NCBI GenBank assembly: GCA_030704615.1
Contig: CM060731.1
Coordinates: 23,932,001 to 23,996,000 of the forward strand
Source: Takakia lepidozioides
Lineage: Eukaryota > Plantae > Bryophyta
Reading direction: 5' to 3'
DNA length: 64,000 bases
Position numbers and translations under genes: made by a program. The notes under the pieces are model-generated. The model was not told where the DNA came from and made no database searches. It was given only the letters and a program-made list of their open reading frames with translations. Each line of letters opens with the position of its first letter. Position 1 is the first letter of the stretch. Positions 62,901 through 64,000 of the stretch are shown piece after piece.

Positions 62901-64000
62901 AAGAAATCACGGACAAAGAAGCCAACATCTTTTTGACCAAGCTGGCAGAGGCCGCCTTCAGTGCACACATCTTACCAAAGCACTCATAACCATTGACATC
63001 TCCAACCAGTTTGTGCGAAGTTTCCTATGTCTCTTGCCCTACACAGATATGAATACCATTTGCCTGAATATTTTGTCCCACTGCAAATTGTTTCCTTTGG
63101 TTAGTCAGCCCAGAGAACTTGAAAGTGCCCAGCCGCAAGCCAGCCCTTGGCATATGGATTGTTTGCCGTCTAGGTAGCCTATGGTTGCTCCTGGACTACC
63201 AACTGATATGCAAAGGGGGGTCAAATTACCCCATGGGTAGATTTTGCTCGTCTTGTGTAAACTTTAAGGATTGGCAAACCATTCAGAGTGCCATATACTT
63301 AAATCACACTACGCTCAGACTCAGCACACATAGGGCCAGCTAGTCTGTCTGGCTGCTTGGTATCAACCTCATCGAGGGCATCAAACTGGTTAGAAAGTTT
63401 CAAGTCGAAGTCCCCACCCTTGGTTGTCTTCGTAGAGCACCTCATTGAATCACCAATGTCTAAGAGCACTCTCCAGCCAGTCAAGGGACAAACTTTGAAA
63501 TTGTTTTGATGTGAGAGTCTATTTGTAGCATTCTTAGACGTTGAAACCTTCACAGTGCCTCCACTATCAAGTCTTGAGGTGGCGTCATTAGCCACAGAAT
63601 CCAATCCTAAGCTGGAGCAGGTAGTTTTAAAGGGATATCGTCCATCCTGGGATTCACCCCAAAAACTACACATGAAGCCCTAGATTTGGCATAAGTAACC
63701 ATATCCCAGAGAGAGAGGGAGAGTGAGACAGAGAGACAGAGAGATGGAGAGACATGGTCTAAAGTCAAGTAGCAGGTTGTTTCCTTGGTTTCTATCAAAC
63801 ATCTTTTCCCTACTGTCTGCATTATTATAAGCTACTTAGAACAGGAGCAAAGACTGACAAGATATTGAATCCAGGCTACTTGAACAATCCAGAGGCTACA
63901 GCATCGACACTGGACTCTGAGGAGTGGCTGCACACAGGTGACCTGGTCTACTTTGATGACCGGGGCCTCTTATACATTGTTGATCGTATCAAAGAGCTTA
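56961..64000 (+). CDS. Second 4CL-like acyl-activating enzyme, 3'-incomplete in this window
   Basis: Exons 56961-57965, 58259-58448 and 63875 to beyond 64000. Same intron positions and phases as the minus-strand paralog. Motifs: [32 protein letters not shown]|[20 protein letters not shown]. Confidence 0.92.
59011..59728 (-). mobile_element. 5'-truncated LINE copy 2 (C-terminal region only), intronic
   Basis: Near-identical to 52590-53310. TSD GGGCCCATGGGAGAGA at 58995-59010 and 59729-59744. Confidence 0.95.
59822..63728 (-). mobile_element. Near full-length, degenerate LINE copy 3 (ORF1-like remnant, APE endonuclease and RT), intronic
   Basis: APE motifs [12 protein letters not shown] (about 63135-63025), [26 protein letters not shown] motifs [12 protein letters not shown]-like [20 protein letters not shown] at about 63390. 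Probable TSD CAGAGAGACAGAG(G/A)GAT at 59805-59821 and 63729-63745. Confidence 0.9.

Overview
Repeat-rich eukaryotic nuclear DNA, most likely from a non-seed land plant (moss-like). This is inferred from GT-AG introns with CTGAC branch points, PLS-class PPR fragments and the transposon spectrum. There are three host genes, all in the right half. A complete 6-exon peroxisomal 4CL-like acyl-CoA ligase ending in SKL lies on the minus strand (38209-41482). A complete 6-exon ERD7/senescence-domain gene lies on the minus strand (43830-47254). A second 4CL-like paralog lies on the plus strand (56961 to beyond 64000), and its 5.4-kb intron 2 holds two antisense LINEs. The rest is transposon-derived, and many elements can be delimited exactly by TIRs and target-site duplications (TSDs). 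The main structure is a nest: a hAT shell (7944-22093) contains two hAT MITEs, a Copia RNase H scrap and a 12.2-kb CACTA element (9826-22022). That CACTA element has divergently oriented TnpA-like and TnpD-like genes and carries co-oriented fragments of four unrelated host genes (PLS-PPR, eIF4A, COV1, Lin0512-family). Its TnpD N-terminus is fused in frame to the PPR. A second CACTA (27205-31366) carries a piece of the same PPR type. Three copies of an unusual LINE end about 6 nt after the stop codon with no poly(A) tail, and all sit in TC/GA-rich targets. Also present are a solo LTR, a Mutator-type MITE, a pogo-like element and several tandem arrays. All family assignments come from motif recognition by eye; no searches were run.
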